IMG/VR virus record: IMGVR_UViG_3300023256_000002
Coordinates: 6,807 to 70,806 of that record
Direction: 5' to 3' (one strand)
From: a virus
Taxonomy: Duplodnaviria > Caudoviricetes
Length of the DNA stretch: 64,000 nucleotides
Part shown: positions 10,271 to 21,519 of the stretch, piece by piece
Layout of the letters: every line of letters begins with the position of its first letter
How positions within the stretch are numbered: position 1 is the stretch's first letter
Program-made: the position numbers and the translations under genes
The notes under the pieces: model-generated
Told to the model about the DNA's origin: nothing
The model's database searches: none
Seen by the model: the letters and a program-made list of their open reading frames with translations, nothing else

Positions 10271-11155
10271 TTAAATATATTCTTTTCTTTCAATGTTAAA
10301 TGGATGGTTGCGTTTGAAATCACTTGTAACATGACGTTTAATAACTGGATGATTTATAAGTTCAGGCCAAGAATTTATATCAATCATGCCGCCCAACATT
10401 CCGTTGATATACAGTTTCAATATGTTATCAACTTCTTCATATGTGGCAGCACCCAATTGTGCCAAATCGCCATTGCTTACTCCAAGCCCATCAGTAGGTT
10501 TTTTTGCAATAGAAGATTTAATCCATTTTTCTACTGATTCGCCTTTATATTTGCTTTCGCATATCCACTCTGTCAATTCATAAACTTCTGATTTCCATAA
10601 TTTTTGAATCATACCGTAATCACCTACGTCACCATGTAAAGTCCAAAATCCCAAAAGATATTCTGTTAAGTTATCAGTTGACAATACAAGACCATGTGTT
10701 GCTTGGGCCAGATTGTATAAATATATCATTCGCATTCTTGCCATCAAATTTCCTCTGCGGATTTTATATTCTAAATTTGTTTCTTCTGGCATAATATCTC
10801 TATCAACTTCTCCTATCATATCCCACAAAGCATTAAATTCATCACTTAAATCGGCGACACAAAATGAATTGCATAAATCAATACCAAGTTCAATTGCAAC
10901 GTCATTTGATTCCCAACCACTTCCGCCAGCATTTTTTGGTCTGATTGGAATGTTTACCCCAATTAAATCAATATTGGCATCATTGCAAACTGCTTTCGCA
11001 AGTAAAGCGACTAAAGTGCTATCAATTCCGCCAGATATTCCTAATACTAATGATTTAATATTATGTTTTTTAACATACTTGATTGTGGTATTTTTAATGT
11101 TTTCAAATACTTTACCATAATCTTTAATTGGCTTTAACATATTTTTTGTATACAT
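10271..11155 (-). CDS. nadE: NH3-dependent NAD+ synthetase
   Basis: LGISGGIDS, GNLMARMRM, STDNLTE..LGFWTLHGD, KPTDGL motifs; no glutaminase domain. Confidence 0.92.
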   Translation of the reverse strand: MYTKNMLKPIKDYGKVFENIKNTTIKYVKKHNIKSLVLGISGGIDSTLVALLAKAVCNDANIDLIGVNIPIRPKNAGGSGWESNDVAIELGIDLCNSFCVADLSDEFNALWDMIGEVDRDIMPEETNLEYKIRRGNLMARMRMIYLYNLAQATHGLVLSTDNLTEYLLGFWTLHGDVGDYGMIQKLWKSEVYELTEWICESKYKGESVEKWIKSSIAKKPTDGLGVSNGDLAQLGAATYEEVDNILKLYINGMLGGMIDINSWPELINHPVIKRHVTSDFKRNHPFNIERKEYI

Positions 11156-11164
11156 CTTTCCCCC

Positions 11165-11374
11165 TTATTTAATTAAAATAGTTTGTAGCGTGTCAACGAT
11201 AACTATCGTAGTATCAACCATAGTTGAGTCTTGGCCATTCCATACGTTTTCGACAATGTTTTTAATACCCCGTTCTTGGATACATTTTGCAATGTCAATA
11301 GCACCCCATATAAGCAATACAAGTATAATGATGTAGACAAGACACCCCGCTCTCATAATTCTTTCTAATTTCAT
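11165..11374 (-). CDS. Small membrane protein
   Basis: 69 aa with a hydrophobic N-terminal helix; AAGGAG RBS. Confidence 0.5.
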   Translation of the reverse strand: MKLERIMRAGCLVYIIILVLLIWGAIDIAKCIQERGIKNIVENVWNGQDSTMVDTTIVIVDTLQTILIK

Positions 11375-11410
11375 ATCTTGCTCCTTTATTTCCTTTTTAC
11401 TAATATTGTT

Positions 11411-11438
11411 ATACTAATATTGTTAATTATTTTGTCAA
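11411..11438 (-). promoter_or_regulatory. sigma70-like promoter
   Basis: TTGACA (11438-11433)-N16-TAGTAT (11416-11411). Confidence 0.5.
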
Positions 11439-11447
11439 ATTGTTTTT

Positions 11448-11999
11448 TTATATTGTGGCATATCTTATTAATATTGTACCATTTTCATTAACTTGAAAGT
11501 AGCCTCCATAAAACGCCATCTCTTTTCCCCTAATCAAATAATTTAATTCATAAATTAATTTTGCCATTTGAATACATGGGTGACCATTTGGAATTGTTCT
11601 ATGTATTTTTGTTTTTAATTTTTTCGTTTTCGCTATGAACACTTTTCCACCAACCATTCCAGTCACGCCTACAATACGAGTTTTAAAATTAATATCTTTA
11701 TGCTTAAGAATGCTATCAATAAATCATCCAAGATTTGGCTCAAAAGGAAGTACTGTTAATTCTTTCATTTCTTGCATATACTTCAATACTTTGCCTAACA
11801 TATATATATCATTTGACATGGCAAGGTATGATATCTCTTTTTCCTCTATTGTTCCGGTTACAAGTGTTTCTTCGTATTGTGCTTGTATTTGTTTAATTTT
11901 ATCTAAAACCTTTTTTTCTGTTTTATATGTTAGAAGTCACCATTCTCATTCAAGCATAGATTCTTTTGACCTATCCATTTCTGTATCTGTAACGTTCAT
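11448..11999 (-). CDS. Hypothetical protein (code 4, 183 aa, 3 TGA)
   Basis: ATG overlaps the dut TAA; frame stays open through three TGA codons into track ORF 11448-11666. Confidence 0.6.
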
Positions 12000-12457
12000 T
12001 ATTTAACTCCTGTATGCCCAATTCCGCCAACACCTCTATCAGTTTTGGATAATTCATTAACTTCTTCCCATTCAATTTTCGGAACTTTTTGTAATACGAG
12101 TTGTGCAATTCTATCGCCTTTTTGAATTTGGAATGTATTGCTTTCTGATTTTGTGCCTTGGGGTTTTGTATTATGTAATATAATCATTATTTCGCCTCTA
12201 TAATTTTCATCAATTATTCCAGGTGCATTTAATACAGTAATCCCATATTTGGCTGCCAATCCACTACGAGGACAAACATTTGCACTATAACCTTCTGGTA
12301 TTTCCATATATAATCCTGTATTGACCATAGCAGTTTCGTTACCTTTTATTGCCATTGCATACATCGCTCTAACATCCATTCCAGCATCGCCAAGCTTTTT
12401 ATACTCTGGCAAAGGATTGTCTGATTTGTTAATAATTTTTACTTTTATTTTATTCAT
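11999..12457 (-). CDS. dut: dUTP pyrophosphatase (trimeric)
   Basis: AGMDVRA, PRSGLAAK, GIIDENYRGEI, RIAQLV, RGVGGIGHTG motifs. Confidence 0.95.
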   Translation of the reverse strand: MNKIKVKIINKSDNPLPEYKKLGDAGMDVRAMYAMAIKGNETAMVNTGLYMEIPEGYSANVCPRSGLAAKYGITVLNAPGIIDENYRGEIMIILHNTKPQGTKSESNTFQIQKGDRIAQLVLQKVPKIEWEEVNELSKTDRGVGGIGHTGVK

Positions 12458-13444
12458 CTGTATCTCCAATTAAAATATTCCATAAATCATCCAATGTGCT
12501 TAATGGTATCTCGCTATCATCCTTATCGTAAACCTGCAATCTATTATTTTCTTTACCGAAATCTAATTCATAAACAAAATATGTAATCCATTCACCTTTA
12601 TCATTTGTTGCCGTTTCTAAAAAATCTATAATGACATCATATAATACATTTTTTACATTACTGACAAAATCATTTTCAAGAATGACAGAAAAAGCTTTAT
12701 TGTTTTTGGCATCTATATCTGCTTGTTTTTTAATACCGTTCATGATTTTTATAAATTGTTCTTTAGTTATGTTCATCCATTTCTCCTTTTTTTTATTTAT
12801 AATGTTTGTCTTTTGGATATCTTAATCCAAACCAATTATTTTTATTTAGGTCATACATAAATTTACAAGAATATTTATTATATCTTTTATCATTCGTATA
12901 AATCCAATTAGTTCTAATTTTATAAACTGTACTAATTCTAAATAATTGATAAATAATATAACAAATTCCCATTGCAAAAAGCATTATCATCATCATATTA
13001 AATCTCCTTTAATATACCTTTTTTAATTTTAACTGAAACATAATCAACCGTTACTATTCTGTCATAACCAAATTTACTGTCGCAATATTCACATATTTCT
13101 TCGTCAGAATCGTCTGGCATTTCCCAACTATCTGTATTTTTATGCCCGCAGTATGGGCAAGTTATGTCATCTGTATATTCGTAATAAACTTTAACATCAA
13201 CTGGCGTTTTTTCGCAAATAGCAACTTTGGATTGTTTACTAAATTGGCACGGTGAGTAAATGAGTCCATTATGAATAAACGGAGTTAAATGTTCGCAAAC
13301 TGAATCTTCAACTTCGAGGTCACTTGTAATATCTTTGAAATCATCTTCGCCCATTTTATATCGTCTATCTCTTGGGATAAGTTTTTTGTCAATAATTCTA
13401 ATCATTATTATCTCCTTATTTTTGAAATATGAATACTGGTTCAT
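12450..13444 (-). CDS. Three hypothetical ORFs (12450-12776, 12793-12996, 12998-13444); the last has a CPYC...CEYC zinc ribbon
   Basis: ORF track, tight packing. Confidence 0.5.
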
Positions 13445-14681
13445 ATTTTTGAAATTTATTATTTATTTCTAATGCAGGGAATCTTCCTTCTGCAACCATT
13501 TTTTCGATTGTTTGGTCTCTGCCAGCCATTGACCTCATTAACATATATAATTTTTCCTTTTCTTTGAATCCCATATTGTCAGCAATTTTGTGAGCATCAC
13601 TTTCTAATGGATGAGACCTCGTTTTTGTAATTTTAATATTTGCAATGTTAAAGAAAAATAATCCATTCTTGCCTAACGCATTGTATACATTTTGCATAGT
13701 ATCAGTTAAAAATCCATCACGCCATAAATCATAATTACTATATTTTCTAAATGATTGTGTTTCTTCTGAACTATACCTTTCTCTATTGAAGTAAGGTGGG
13801 GATGTATATGCCATACTAATCTTACCAGCATATTTTTTATACATGTTAGTTTTATGGAAATCTTCTGAACCAACCGCCTCATGATATACTTCCGCTGTAC
13901 ATGTCGGGTCAATATATTTCTTCCAATATGCAACTATTGCCGCATATCTGTCATGTAATATAGAGTTAGGGTCAACTCCCAAGTAAATACATTTTCTGTC
14001 CTTAAACTTTTCATTTGAAGATGCTGATAGGAAAGCAATTAACCTTCCGCCCCAACCCATACTTGGATCGTAAACAACAATTTCATCAGCCTTTGACAAA
14101 CTCATGCCGAATGTATAAATCCATTTAGCAACCATTCCACGAATATTAGTTACCGCTTGGATTCCATTTCCTATTTTGAATACGCTTGCCATAGCAGGCA
14201 TAAATTGTTTGTCTGGCTTCTTCTTCATTATTTTCATTCTATCATTTTTAACAAGCATTGTCATAAAATGTATAAATTTTTCATCATCGTAATAAAAAAC
14301 ACCAATTGGTGATTCCGTAACTCTATTACTTGCACCTCTTGTTGTTTCTGTACTCATAATTTCAGGAAACCAATGATTGACGGCTAAAGCTAAATTACTA
14401 TAACCCTTAAGCACTCTCTTACCATCTAAATTAAAATATACTTTTTCATCATTAATATCGGCATTATGGAATCCTTTGAGTTTGCTAATAATTTGTTCTT
14501 CTGTTTTATTACTTGCCATTATTGGCGTTGTTGTTTGCTCCCATAAATCTCTGCCGACTTGCCTAAACTCCAAACACCACTTGGCGAATGTTTCGTCATC
14601 CATTTGGCTGATTGTACTCCATGGTAAATTGATTTCATCTGGTATTGGAATTGTTGTGTAAATTGGTTTGATACTTTTCAT
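13416..14681 (-). CDS. DNA methyltransferase (N4C/N6A type, SPPY)
   Basis: VYDPSMGWGGRL motif I; YTSPPYF motif IV. Confidence 0.85.
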   Translation of the reverse strand: MKSIKPIYTTIPIPDEINLPWSTISQMDDETFAKWCLEFRQVGRDLWEQTTTPIMASNKTEEQIISKLKGFHNADINDEKVYFNLDGKRVLKGYSNLALAVNHWFPEIMSTETTRGASNRVTESPIGVFYYDDEKFIHFMTMLVKNDRMKIMKKKPDKQFMPAMASVFKIGNGIQAVTNIRGMVAKWIYTFGMSLSKADEIVVYDPSMGWGGRLIAFLSASSNEKFKDRKCIYLGVDPNSILHDRYAAIVAYWKKYIDPTCTAEVYHEAVGSEDFHKTNMYKKYAGKISMAYTSPPYFNRERYSSEETQSFRKYSNYDLWRDGFLTDTMQNVYNALGKNGLFFFNIANIKITKTRSHPLESDAHKIADNMGFKEKEKLYMLMRSMAGRDQTIEKMVAEGRFPALEINNKFQKYEPVFIFQK

Positions 14682-14744
14682 TTTATAACCTCTTTGTCTA
14701 TTTCTTAATATGTATGGTTTAACTTTTCCGAAATGTGATTTTTT

Positions 14745-15995
14745 TTAATTTAATAATTTGCCATATATGTCGTATGCATTGACACAAACGGCATTTAATA
14801 ATTTACTCATAAATGTATCTGTATTGATAATTATATTTTCGTGACCTGGCTCACGTGTCCCATGTATTATATTTGGGTTTCCGCCCATGTCTCTTTTCGA
14901 AAAATATAAATGTTTAAAATAGTGAACAACACATTCATTTTTATATAAAATATCACAAACATTATATCCAGCATCGTATAATGTTTTGCAAAGTTTCTTA
15001 AATTCAGGTTTGCTTAATTCTTCCGTTGCAATGTGATTTAATTTTTTTGCGTCAGATTCGGCAATTTCCTTTGTGATTTGCACATTACACCCCCAATATC
15101 TGATTTAGTAAAGTATATATGTCCAAAGTGTTGGTTAACGCATCCATTTTTATATATACACTTATCTTTTCGCCGTATATTGTAAACCCAGGCTTAATAT
15201 GAGTTAAATCCCGAAAACCTTTTTGGGTTCCACTTGTTAAATATTCTTCAAAAGGAATTTTTTCTGTATCTCTTTGTAATTCCATTTTACTTTACTATCT
15301 TGTTTAATTCTACTATCTTCTTTGCTATATTTTCTTTACAACAATTCACAACGGATTCTACGGAACTATAACTTTCCAATCCACTATGAAATATTCTAAT
15401 AACATCAACGCCATCAGCAATCAATATTACAAAATCCATACCAATTACATTATCAGCATCATCATCACTATTTATTAGTGATATTTCAACATTATCTATC
15501 CCTAATTTGCATTTAATTTCATTAAAAAAATTCATCATTTTCATATTAACCTCGTTACTCCTTTTCTATTATATTGCCACAAGTTATTTTTGCGATACTA
15601 TATACAATTGTAATGTGATCGCCATCATAAAAAATTATAAAACTATTATCTGTGTGGCATTCAACAATTTTTCGTTCGCTTATAACTTTACGGACTTCGT
15701 GTGCAAGGAAATGCCTAATTACATTTTCAGTTGGTACACTTGACATAACTTCGCCGGTTTGAGTATCTAACCAAGGCTGCCCTGTTATTTCAAGATAATC
15801 TTGTACTAATTCAACATCAAATGTTTTTACAGCTTCAATCGCCGCATTTCGCATTTTCAAATTCTTAAGTTGATTGACAATTACAGTCCCAAAATTTTGT
15901 CTTAATAATTTTTCAATATCATTAGGAACATCATGAAGTTCCGCTATCCCGCCTGAGACTAATATATCACTTACAAAATCATTATTTATTTCCAA
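14745..15995 (-). CDS. Four hypothetical ORFs (14745-15083, 15085-15285, 15287-15544, 15555-15995)
   Basis: Tightly packed ORFs with 1-10 nt gaps. Confidence 0.5.
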
Positions 15996-16005
15996 AATAT
16001 CCCCC

Positions 16006-16941
16006 TTATATTAATTCTAATTCATCAGCGCCATTAATAAAAATAACACCCATTTTTTCCAAATCTTCGATTGCCTTGGCTGTAGTATCAGGAGCTACAC
16101 CAGCGGTTGCTTCGAGATTAACAATTATTCTGCAATCATATTCCTCACACATATCAAGGAACATTTTGAGTTGTCGTACTGATTCGTAAACACAATAATC
16201 AAGTGCTAACCCACCAATAATAAATGTATCGATTTCAATATTTGCCATTAAATATTCAATGAGACCAGTTGACAATATATTCCCCAAATCATGATAGAAA
16301 ATCCCGTAAGGGTGTAAATTTGGCTCCATTCCCTTCCAAACGAAAAAGTTATATTCTTCTGGAGCAGGTAGGCCGTCTAACAACTCAGCTCCTACAGTTC
16401 CACTCAAGCAATGAGCAGGCCAATGTATATCAACATTTTCGCCATGTCCTTCAACGGGAGAAAAAACTGGCATTTCATCAGTGGCAATCCAAACAGCATT
16501 TGCCGGATGCAGGTCTTTACTGCCAACCCGTAATTTTGCGAATTCAGCATTTTTATTTAATTCGTCAACTATTAAATCACCACCTTCAACTGGCAATTCA
16601 TTTTGGCAAACTGGAGTAAATCCTTTTTGCGAATCTATATCAATTGACATAGTATATTCACGATTAATTAAATGTTTAGTTTTTTCCATAATATTCTCCT
16701 TAATTATAGCGAAATTAAATCCATATTTTTCAGTGTTTCTGGCAAACAAACATTTCATACCTATGTATGGTTCAATTGACTGCCGAGCTACCACTCCGCC
16801 TCCACCTACGGCTTTGGCGTCTATTAGTACTTCTGAATAACCATTTTCAGTAGTTCCTCTTACTGGTAATAAAAAGAGACGACCATCATCTGTTTCTACT
16901 TTCCCATCTTTATTAATGAATCCAATTTCTTGTACTTGCAT
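16006..16941 (-). CDS. pncA: Nicotinamidase with N-terminal extension
   Basis: IDIDSQKGF, ELPVEGG, SKDLH, WPAHC, VWKG, GGLALDYCV motifs; internal AAGGAG plus ATG at 16689. Confidence 0.9.
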   Translation of the reverse strand: MQVQEIGFINKDGKVETDDGRLFLLPVRGTTENGYSEVLIDAKAVGGGGVVARQSIEPYIGMKCLFARNTEKYGFNFAIIKENIMEKTKHLINREYTMSIDIDSQKGFTPVCQNELPVEGGDLIVDELNKNAEFAKLRVGSKDLHPANAVWIATDEMPVFSPVEGHGENVDIHWPAHCLSGTVGAELLDGLPAPEEYNFFVWKGMEPNLHPYGIFYHDLGNILSTGLIEYLMANIEIDTFIIGGLALDYCVYESVRQLKMFLDMCEEYDCRIIVNLEATAGVAPDTTAKAIEDLEKMGVIFINGADELELI

Positions 16942-16950
16942 AACTACTCC

Positions 16951-18339
16951 TTATTTTATTTTATCTTGTATTGTAATAAGTAGACTATTTCTTTTAATTG
17001 TTGGGTTGTCAAGAAAAATCTCTTCAGCAACTTTAAGTAATTCGCCAACTCTTGCGCCAGTCTTGACATCAAAGAATTCCATAACGTCAACGCCAGTGAT
17101 AGGCATTTTTGCAGGTTCTTTTCTTGCTTTGATAGTAGACAATCGTTTTCTAATGTTGGTAACTTGATTTGCCAATACGAATTCTGAAGCATGTGAAAGG
17201 TTATCTGCATGGATGAGTCCAAGCAAATCTTCTAAATCATCACCAGCTTTTTTAGTAAATCTACGTAAAGTTTTGTCTTTAACATCTTTACATTCGTCTC
17301 CCCAAGATTTTGTCAACATATGTAGTCCAATAATTTTAGAAACTTTCTCAGTAATGGCATTCGGGAATTTCAGTTCAGTAAGAATTTTTGTTGCCATTTC
17401 TGCACTAACTTTTTCATGTCCGTGAAACGAATGAGTTCCCTCTTCATTATCTGCTACAACTTTTTGTTTGCCAATATCATGTAGTAATGCGGCAAGCCTT
17501 TGTACCAAAACTTTTGGTGTTTTGATAATTGTTAGCAAAGTATGCCCGTATACATCGTGATCATGAAATTTATTTTGTGTCAAACCAACAAGTGCTTTAA
17601 ATTCTGGAATAACGAAATCAATAAGCCCTGTGTATACAAGCAAATCAATTCCTAAAATAGGATTCTCTGATGTTAGCATTTTAATCAATTCGACTTGAAT
17701 TCTTTCTTTGGAAATATTAACAAGTTCATGAGCATTACTCGTCATTGCTTTCAAAGTAGTTTCATCTATTTCAAATTGTTCTGCCCCAGTTAGTTGTCCA
17801 GCAAATCTTGCGGCTCTTAACATTCTTAATGGGTCTTCTTTGAAGATTGATGTTGGATTTGAAGTAGTTCTAATTCTACTATCTTTCAAATCTTGCAATC
17901 CTGTAGCAGTTAGGTCTTGTAGGTTGTTAGTTGAAACATTCAATGATAGAGAATTAATAGTCAAATCTCTACGAAATGCATCTTGTAGCATTGTTCCAAA
18001 TTTAACAGCAGGTTTCCTTGACCCTGGTTCGTATGCTTCTTGACGGGACATTACAGATTCCAACTCAACGCCGAAAGCTCTGAATTGAGCAGTTCCAAAT
18101 CTACCGTAGATAATTGGATTTGAACCTGATTTGTGAACGCCAAGTTTTCTTGTAAGCCATTCTGCAAAAGCAATTCCGCCCATTGGCATATTAATAACTA
18201 TATCTATATCATTAATAGGTCGTTTCAAAACAAAATCACGAACGGCACCACCGACCACAAATACATGGTTCTCAAATGGACTACCTATGATTTCAGCACT
18301 TAGGTTTCCAACTACTTCTTTAAATTTTTGTTCTGTCAT
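16951..18339 (-). CDS. cca: CCA-adding tRNA nucleotidyltransferase with HD domain
   Basis: VGGAVRD, DIDI, DAFRRDLTINS, EDPLRMLRAARF, ISKERI, LLHDIGK. Confidence 0.92.
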   Translation of the reverse strand: MTEQKFKEVVGNLSAEIIGSPFENHVFVVGGAVRDFVLKRPINDIDIVINMPMGGIAFAEWLTRKLGVHKSGSNPIIYGRFGTAQFRAFGVELESVMSRQEAYEPGSRKPAVKFGTMLQDAFRRDLTINSLSLNVSTNNLQDLTATGLQDLKDSRIRTTSNPTSIFKEDPLRMLRAARFAGQLTGAEQFEIDETTLKAMTSNAHELVNISKERIQVELIKMLTSENPILGIDLLVYTGLIDFVIPEFKALVGLTQNKFHDHDVYGHTLLTIIKTPKVLVQRLAALLHDIGKQKVVADNEEGTHSFHGHEKVSAEMATKILTELKFPNAITEKVSKIIGLHMLTKSWGDECKDVKDKTLRRFTKKAGDDLEDLLGLIHADNLSHASEFVLANQVTNIRKRLSTIKARKEPAKMPITGVDVMEFFDVKTGARVGELLKVAEEIFLDNPTIKRNSLLITIQDKIK

Positions 18340-18390
18340 ATTTTTCCCCTTATCTTTTTTTATCTCTTTCACTCTCTCACTTACATTACT

Positions 18391-18418
18391 ATAGTATTCT
18401 TATTGGTGGTTTTGTCAA
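18391..18418 (-). promoter_or_regulatory. sigma70-like promoter, repeat copy 3
   Basis: TTGACA-N16-TACTAT, identical to copy 2. Confidence 0.72.
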
Positions 18419-18444
18419 GTTTATTTTAATTTATTTCTTTGCCT

Positions 18445-20898
18445 TTATTTTAAGAAACCAAACTTGTATACATAAGGTCTTAATCTATCTTCAAACAATT
18501 TATATTTTGTATTAAATGCTTTTAACTCTTTTTTGTAATTGTCTTTTAATACTTTTTTGATTTGATACCATCCTGCATCCCAAGCTTGTAAATGCCAATC
18601 TGTTTCATATTCACTCAATGCACTTCTCATTTCAAATGATTTTTTTACTAACTCTTTGGACATATCCAATAATTCTTGTGCATCGGGACTTAACTTGGTG
18701 TTTTGTAATAAGGTGTAAACATACCTTTCTTCTGAATTTTTGGCATCTTTGTATAATTCGTTGAAATAGTATTTATCAGCCAAATCCATCATTTCTCTTT
18801 TAGATAACCAAAAGAATTCGTTTTTAATATCCCATAGTTTATTTTTATATTCTATTTGACGCATTGAACTTTGGCTGGATGATGTATTAAATAAGGAATA
18901 TACTATTGCATCATTGTTCCATTGTTTGTATTCTGGTGAATTTAATACCGCTTCGGTTGGGGCTATATATTCGTCTTTATCATTTATCCAGTTTTGTTTA
19001 ATGGATTTCCTCGCAAGGAATAATGCCATACATTTTTTATAGTTCTCCCCTATAATTGATAACCCAGATTTATTACTAAAACAAGATGAAAATAATGAGA
19101 TATTTGTTCCATTATAATATACATTATTTCCAGCATTAAAAAAATACCCAAATGCTTTTGGTATTAAATTACTATATCCTTTTTGTTTGACTTTTAAGGC
19201 ACTACTTAATTTTGGTAAATCCTCTGTGGCCTTTATACCTTTCGTTTCCTCTCTAATCCATATGTTGCATCCTTTTTTGCTGTCCATATTATATAAGAAT
19301 TTTTTTTCTTTGGTGCAAATTTCCAAATCTTTAATATCTTTCACAGATATTTTAAATTCATTTGTTGTTTTGAATTTGTTTGTGTCAAAAATAGTGAAAC
19401 TTATTCCCCAACTACTAACATCTGCAAAATTTTTACTATCAAATAGCATGCCATCAACATAGCCAAAACTATTTAAAAATTTTTTTCTAAATAGTTTAAA
19501 ATCACTACCTGTTAAAAATAATAGTGGCGAGAATAAACATATTTTTGATTTTGTTTGCGAACTCATTATTCTGTATAAAAATTGAGAATAAAGATTTTTT
19601 ACAGAAAGCCCCATTTTATCATTATTCATTATTTTTTTAATTTTTGTGTTTTCTATTTTCTTTTTTGATTTGCCGCCATTTTGTTTAATGTTATCAAAAG
19701 ATTGAACTGAACCATAAGGCGGATTAATAAAAAATATAATTTCCTTACCTTCCTGTATCGCATCCCATAAGCCAGGAGCCTTAGTCTGTAAATCATCCAA
19801 ACTATCATTTAAGAAATCAAATGGAAATTTAGTTGCCTCTGGATTAATATTCATTTGATTTGCGGTTCCAATATCAGAATTATTTAATGTTGAGCAATAC
19901 AATTCTTTGAATTTGTAATCTCTGGTTAAATTACCAGTTCCTCAAGCACAATCCCATACTATATATTTTTCCTTCCAATCATCACCAAATTGTTCGGCAA
20001 TCATTTTGTGAGCTTCGTCAACCCAAATTGTTGGAGTGAAAAATTCACCTTGACGTTTACGAGTTTCGTCTTGAATTAACCTATCAATAATTGCAACCAA
20101 ATCTTCTTTTTGTTTATGCGTATATTGTTCGCCATTAAAGTGTTTAAAGAAGGATATAAACTTTCTTTGGGCAACTCTAATTTCTCCAAATGTTTTTGAT
20201 ACCATTATATTTTTTTTTGTAGGATGCAAATAATTATCAAATTGATTAATAATTAAATCCATAAATAAATTTACTTGCTCATTGACATTAAGTTTATTTT
20301 TACGTAAAACGTCTGTAGAAAAATATTCAAATACTTGCTGTAAATTCTTGTCAGTTATTTTGATTAATTTTTTTACATCTTTGTTAAGATTAATAATGTT
20401 GTTTTTCAATTCGTCAAAATTGAAATTTTTTGATAGTTTATAAACAAATGGATTTATATCTTTATCTTTGGATATATCCATCATCATTGCTTGATAATTT
20501 TTATAAGCATTACTTGGAGCGGAATCCCAATCAATATTCTCATACTCTAAATATTTTACCAAAGCATTTGTGTGTATAATAAATACCTCATCTTCGTCAG
20601 CAATAAAAACTATTCTTGGCAATTTTTTACCTTTTACTTCAAATTGTTTAATATAAAAAATTGATTGAATTAATGCTTTCGCTTGATTAATCGGATTAGT
20701 AAAATCAAAATTACTTTTGGTTTCTATTAGCATTTTTAAGTTGTTATTGCTTTTGTCAATCACGACACCATCAGTTTTTTTGCCAACTGCATTTGCTTGG
20801 ATATCGCCGTTGGGAAAAGCACTATGTATAAAATTCCACCAAAAATGTTCAACCTCTTTTTCTGAATATAAGCTTTCTTTGTTATACGTTATTTTCAT
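18445..20898 (-). CDS. Type IIG-like restriction-modification protein (nuclease-like N-terminus + N6-adenine MTase; code 4, 817 aa)
   Basis: KTDG...IETK PD-(D/E)xK-like motif, GEFFTP, motif I WDCA[TGA]GTGNL joining two track ORFs in frame, INPPY motif IV. Confidence 0.8.
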
Positions 20899-20993
20899 TT
20901 TTCTCCTCTTTTTCCCTTTTTTATATCGTTACAATAACACTATTAATTATTTTGCCAAATCATTTCTTATATAAATACAACTTCATAAATCAA

Positions 20994-21025
20994 AAACACG
21001 GATATTGAGGATAATATCCGTGTTT
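20994..21025. terminator. Intrinsic terminator
   Basis: Perfect 13-bp stem AAACACGGATATT/AATATCCGTGTTT with 6-nt loop; T-rich tail on the - strand. Confidence 0.75.
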
Positions 21026-21047
21026 CTGTGCTACCGAGCGGTCGAAT

Positions 21048-21455
21048 TTAGGCAGTCAAAGCTAATCTAAATTTTTCATCAGTCGCATCGTGACCAGGGA
21101 TTTTAATCCACTTGTCAATATTTTTCATTGCACGTGCATAAACTTCAAAACAATGTTTTACATCTTCCTTCTCTACATACATATGAGTATTGAAAATAAC
21201 AACATAAGTTGTTTTGTCGTCTTCTTTGAAAATTGTTTTATTTGCACTAAAATTAACCACATGCGAAAAAACAACATTTTCAGTTTCCCCCAAACTAAGG
21301 TAAGAATTTTTTTCAAAATTTTTGTCCTCTTCAATTTCAGGTTTTGGTTTGAAGACTATCAAAACCAATGGCTCTCCATTATCATTTTTGTCTTCACTTA
21401 ATTGTATCGTTGCATCCAAACCATAATTATCATTAAGCATTGCATCCCCCCCCAT
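21048..21455 (-). CDS. Hypothetical protein
   Basis: 135-aa ORF, AAGGAG RBS, downstream of a promoter. Confidence 0.55.
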   Translation of the reverse strand: MGGDAMLNDNYGLDATIQLSEDKNDNGEPLVLIVFKPKPEIEEDKNFEKNSYLSLGETENVVFSHVVNFSANKTIFKEDDKTTYVVIFNTHMYVEKEDVKHCFEVYARAMKNIDKWIKIPGHDATDEKFRLALTA

Positions 21456-21479
21456 ATCTCCTTTTTAATCTCAGAGACA

Positions 21480-21507
21480 ATCATACATATATAGCCAATC
21501 TTGTCAA
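21480..21507 (-). promoter_or_regulatory. sigma70-like promoter
   Basis: TTGACA (21507-21502)-N16-TATGAT (21485-21480). Confidence 0.6.
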
Positions 21508-21519
21508 ATTATTTTTTTT

